From an uncultured beta proteobacterium (lineage in GTDB: Bacteria > Pseudomonadota > Gammaproteobacteria > Burkholderiales > Burkholderiaceae_E): a stretch of DNA of 64,000 nt. The translations under genes and the position numbers were made by a program. Location of the stretch: positions 38,888 through 102,887 of the forward strand of contig CAIZNI010000013.1 of the NCBI GenBank assembly GCA_903934295.1. The letters are read 5' to 3'. Below, piece after piece: positions 62,995-64,000 of the stretch. Below the pieces are notes generated by a model that ran no database searches, was not told where the DNA came from, and saw only the letters and a program-made list of their open reading frames with translations. How positions within the stretch are numbered: position 1 is the first letter of the stretch; each line of letters begins with the position of its first letter.

Positions 62995-63900
62995 GTGTCA
63001 TTACTCGCGCGTCTTCAAAACAGTCGCAACGGACTGGGCATCGCATTCATGCTGCCCGCTGCCGTGCTGCTGATCCTGTTTCTGACTTACCCCCTGGGGC
63101 TCGGCGTCTGGCTCGGTTTCACCGACGCCAAGATCGGTCGCGCAGGTGTGTTCGTGGGCCTGGAGAACTACGAGTTTCTCTACAGCGACCCGGTCACCCG
63201 ACAGGCACTTTTCAACACCCTTTTCTACACCATCGTCGCGAGCATCTTCAAGTTCCTGCTGGGCCTGTGGCTGGCCCTGCTGCTGAACAAGGCGATGCCG
63301 CTCAAGACCTTCATGCGAGCGGTGGTGCTTCTGCCCTGGATCGTGCCGACCGCGCTGTCGGCGATCGCGTTCTGGTGGCTCTATGACGCGCAGTTCTCGG
63401 TGTTCAGCTGGTTCCTGATGAAGATCGGCGTCATCGACCACTACATCGACTTCCTGGGTGATCCCTGGAACGCGCGCTTCGCCACCATCGCGGCCAATGT
63501 CTGGCGCGGCATTCCCTTCGTGGCGATCTCGCTGCTGGCGGGCCTGCAGACGATCTCGCCCTCGCTGTACGAGGCGGCGGCGATCGATGGCGCCACGCCC
63601 TGGCAGCGCTTCCGTTTCGTGACGCTGCCGCTGCTGACGCCGATCATCGCGGTAGTGATGACTTTTTCGGTGCTGTTCACCTTCACCGATTTCCAGCTGA
63701 TCTACGTGCTCACCCGCGGCGGTCCCCTGAACGCCACCCACCTGATGGCCACGCTGTCCTTCCAGCGCGCGATCCCCGGTGGCGCAATGGGCGAGGGCGC
63801 GGCGCTCGCGACCGCGATGGTGCCGTTCCTGCTGGGCGCAATTCTGTTTTCTTATTTCGGCCTGCAGCGGCGGGCCTGGCAGCAGGGGTCTGATCGATGA
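62995..63900 (+). CDS. ABC transporter permease (MalF/UgpA-type)
   Basis: 301 aa with EAA loop YEAAAIDGATPWQRFRFVTLPLL. The GTG start at 62995 is uncertain. Confidence 0.85.
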   Translation: MSLLARLQNSRNGLGIAFMLPAAVLLILFLTYPLGLGVWLGFTDAKIGRAGVFVGLENYEFLYSDPVTRQALFNTLFYTIVASIFKFLLGLWLALLLNKAMPLKTFMRAVVLLPWIVPTALSAIAFWWLYDAQFSVFSWFLMKIGVIDHYIDFLGDPWNARFATIAANVWRGIPFVAISLLAGLQTISPSLYEAAAIDGATPWQRFRFVTLPLLTPIIAVVMTFSVLFTFTDFQLIYVLTRGGPLNATHLMATLSFQRAIPGGAMGEGAALATAMVPFLLGAILFSYFGLQRRAWQQGSDR

Positions 63901-64000
63901 GCAACAAGAACAATGAATCGGTCGGCATGGACTTTCTCGATAGCCTGCCGCGGCGATGGGTCACCACCTACATTCCGATCCTCATGTTCCTGTTCATCCT
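63897..64000 (+). CDS. ABC transporter permease (second membrane component), 5' fragment continuing beyond the window
   Basis: The ATG at 63897 overlaps the upstream permease stop (ATGA). My translation is MSNKNNESVGMDFLDSLPRRWVTTYIPILMFLFI..., whose hydrophobic start fits the first TM segment. It is not in the ORF track because there is no stop in the window. Confidence 0.6.
   Translation, partial: MSNKNNESVGMDFLDSLPRRWVTTYIPILMFLFI

Overview
This is a very GC-rich proteobacterial chromosome segment. Gene content and order suggest a betaproteobacterium, probably Burkholderiales, but that is inference. All coordinates, translations and repeat counts were done by hand from the sequence, with no database search.

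Layout:
- Positions 1-23.4 kb are core housekeeping. They hold a partial gshA that is missing from the ORF track, gltX, a Bug-family receptor, aroC, an MFS transporter and an M48 lipoprotein. The conserved block leuC-leuD-leuB-asd-fimV-truA-trpF-trpB-trpA-accD-folC-SPOR protein-cvpA-purF follows.
- tRNA-Ser(GGA) lies at 23381-23471. Content becomes accessory-like directly after it.
- 23.9-28.3 kb: a 1455-aa phytochrome-like multi-PAS hybrid histidine kinase. Its chromophore-binding residues appear to be lost.
- 28.4-34.2 kb: a MarR-controlled cluster of aminotransferase, acyl-CoA ligase, SCP-x-type thiolase, DUF35 and DUF938 genes.
- 34.4-36.2 kb: a LemA/M48 pair.
- 36.1-44.4 kb: a LacI-controlled minus-strand operon. 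It encodes a sugar-type ABC importer, a signal-less Cys-type sulfatase and a formylglycine-generating enzyme.
- 44.5-53.9 kb: a Liv-type ABC transporter, a LysR regulator, Rieske dioxygenase alpha and beta subunits, and an MHS-type MFS transporter.
- 54.1-64.0 kb: kup, parE and parC, then the start of a second sugar-type ABC transporter.

I found no CRISPR array, transposase, integrase, prophage, toxin-antitoxin pair or recognisable defence gene. I cannot point to a clear-cut novel system.

The most unusual directly visible signals are:
- Short head-to-tail duplications anchored on start or stop codons of translationally coupled genes: 29 bp x3 at 39811-39897, 24 bp x4.5 at 33114-33221 and 11 bp x4 at 34239-34282.
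- The degenerate phytochrome core next to the tRNA.
- The cytoplasmic sulfatase/FGE module wired to a carbohydrate-type ABC importer.

Many ORF-track entries are long antisense ORFs typical of high-GC DNA, and I rejected them. Several real genes start downstream of the longest-ORF start given in the track.
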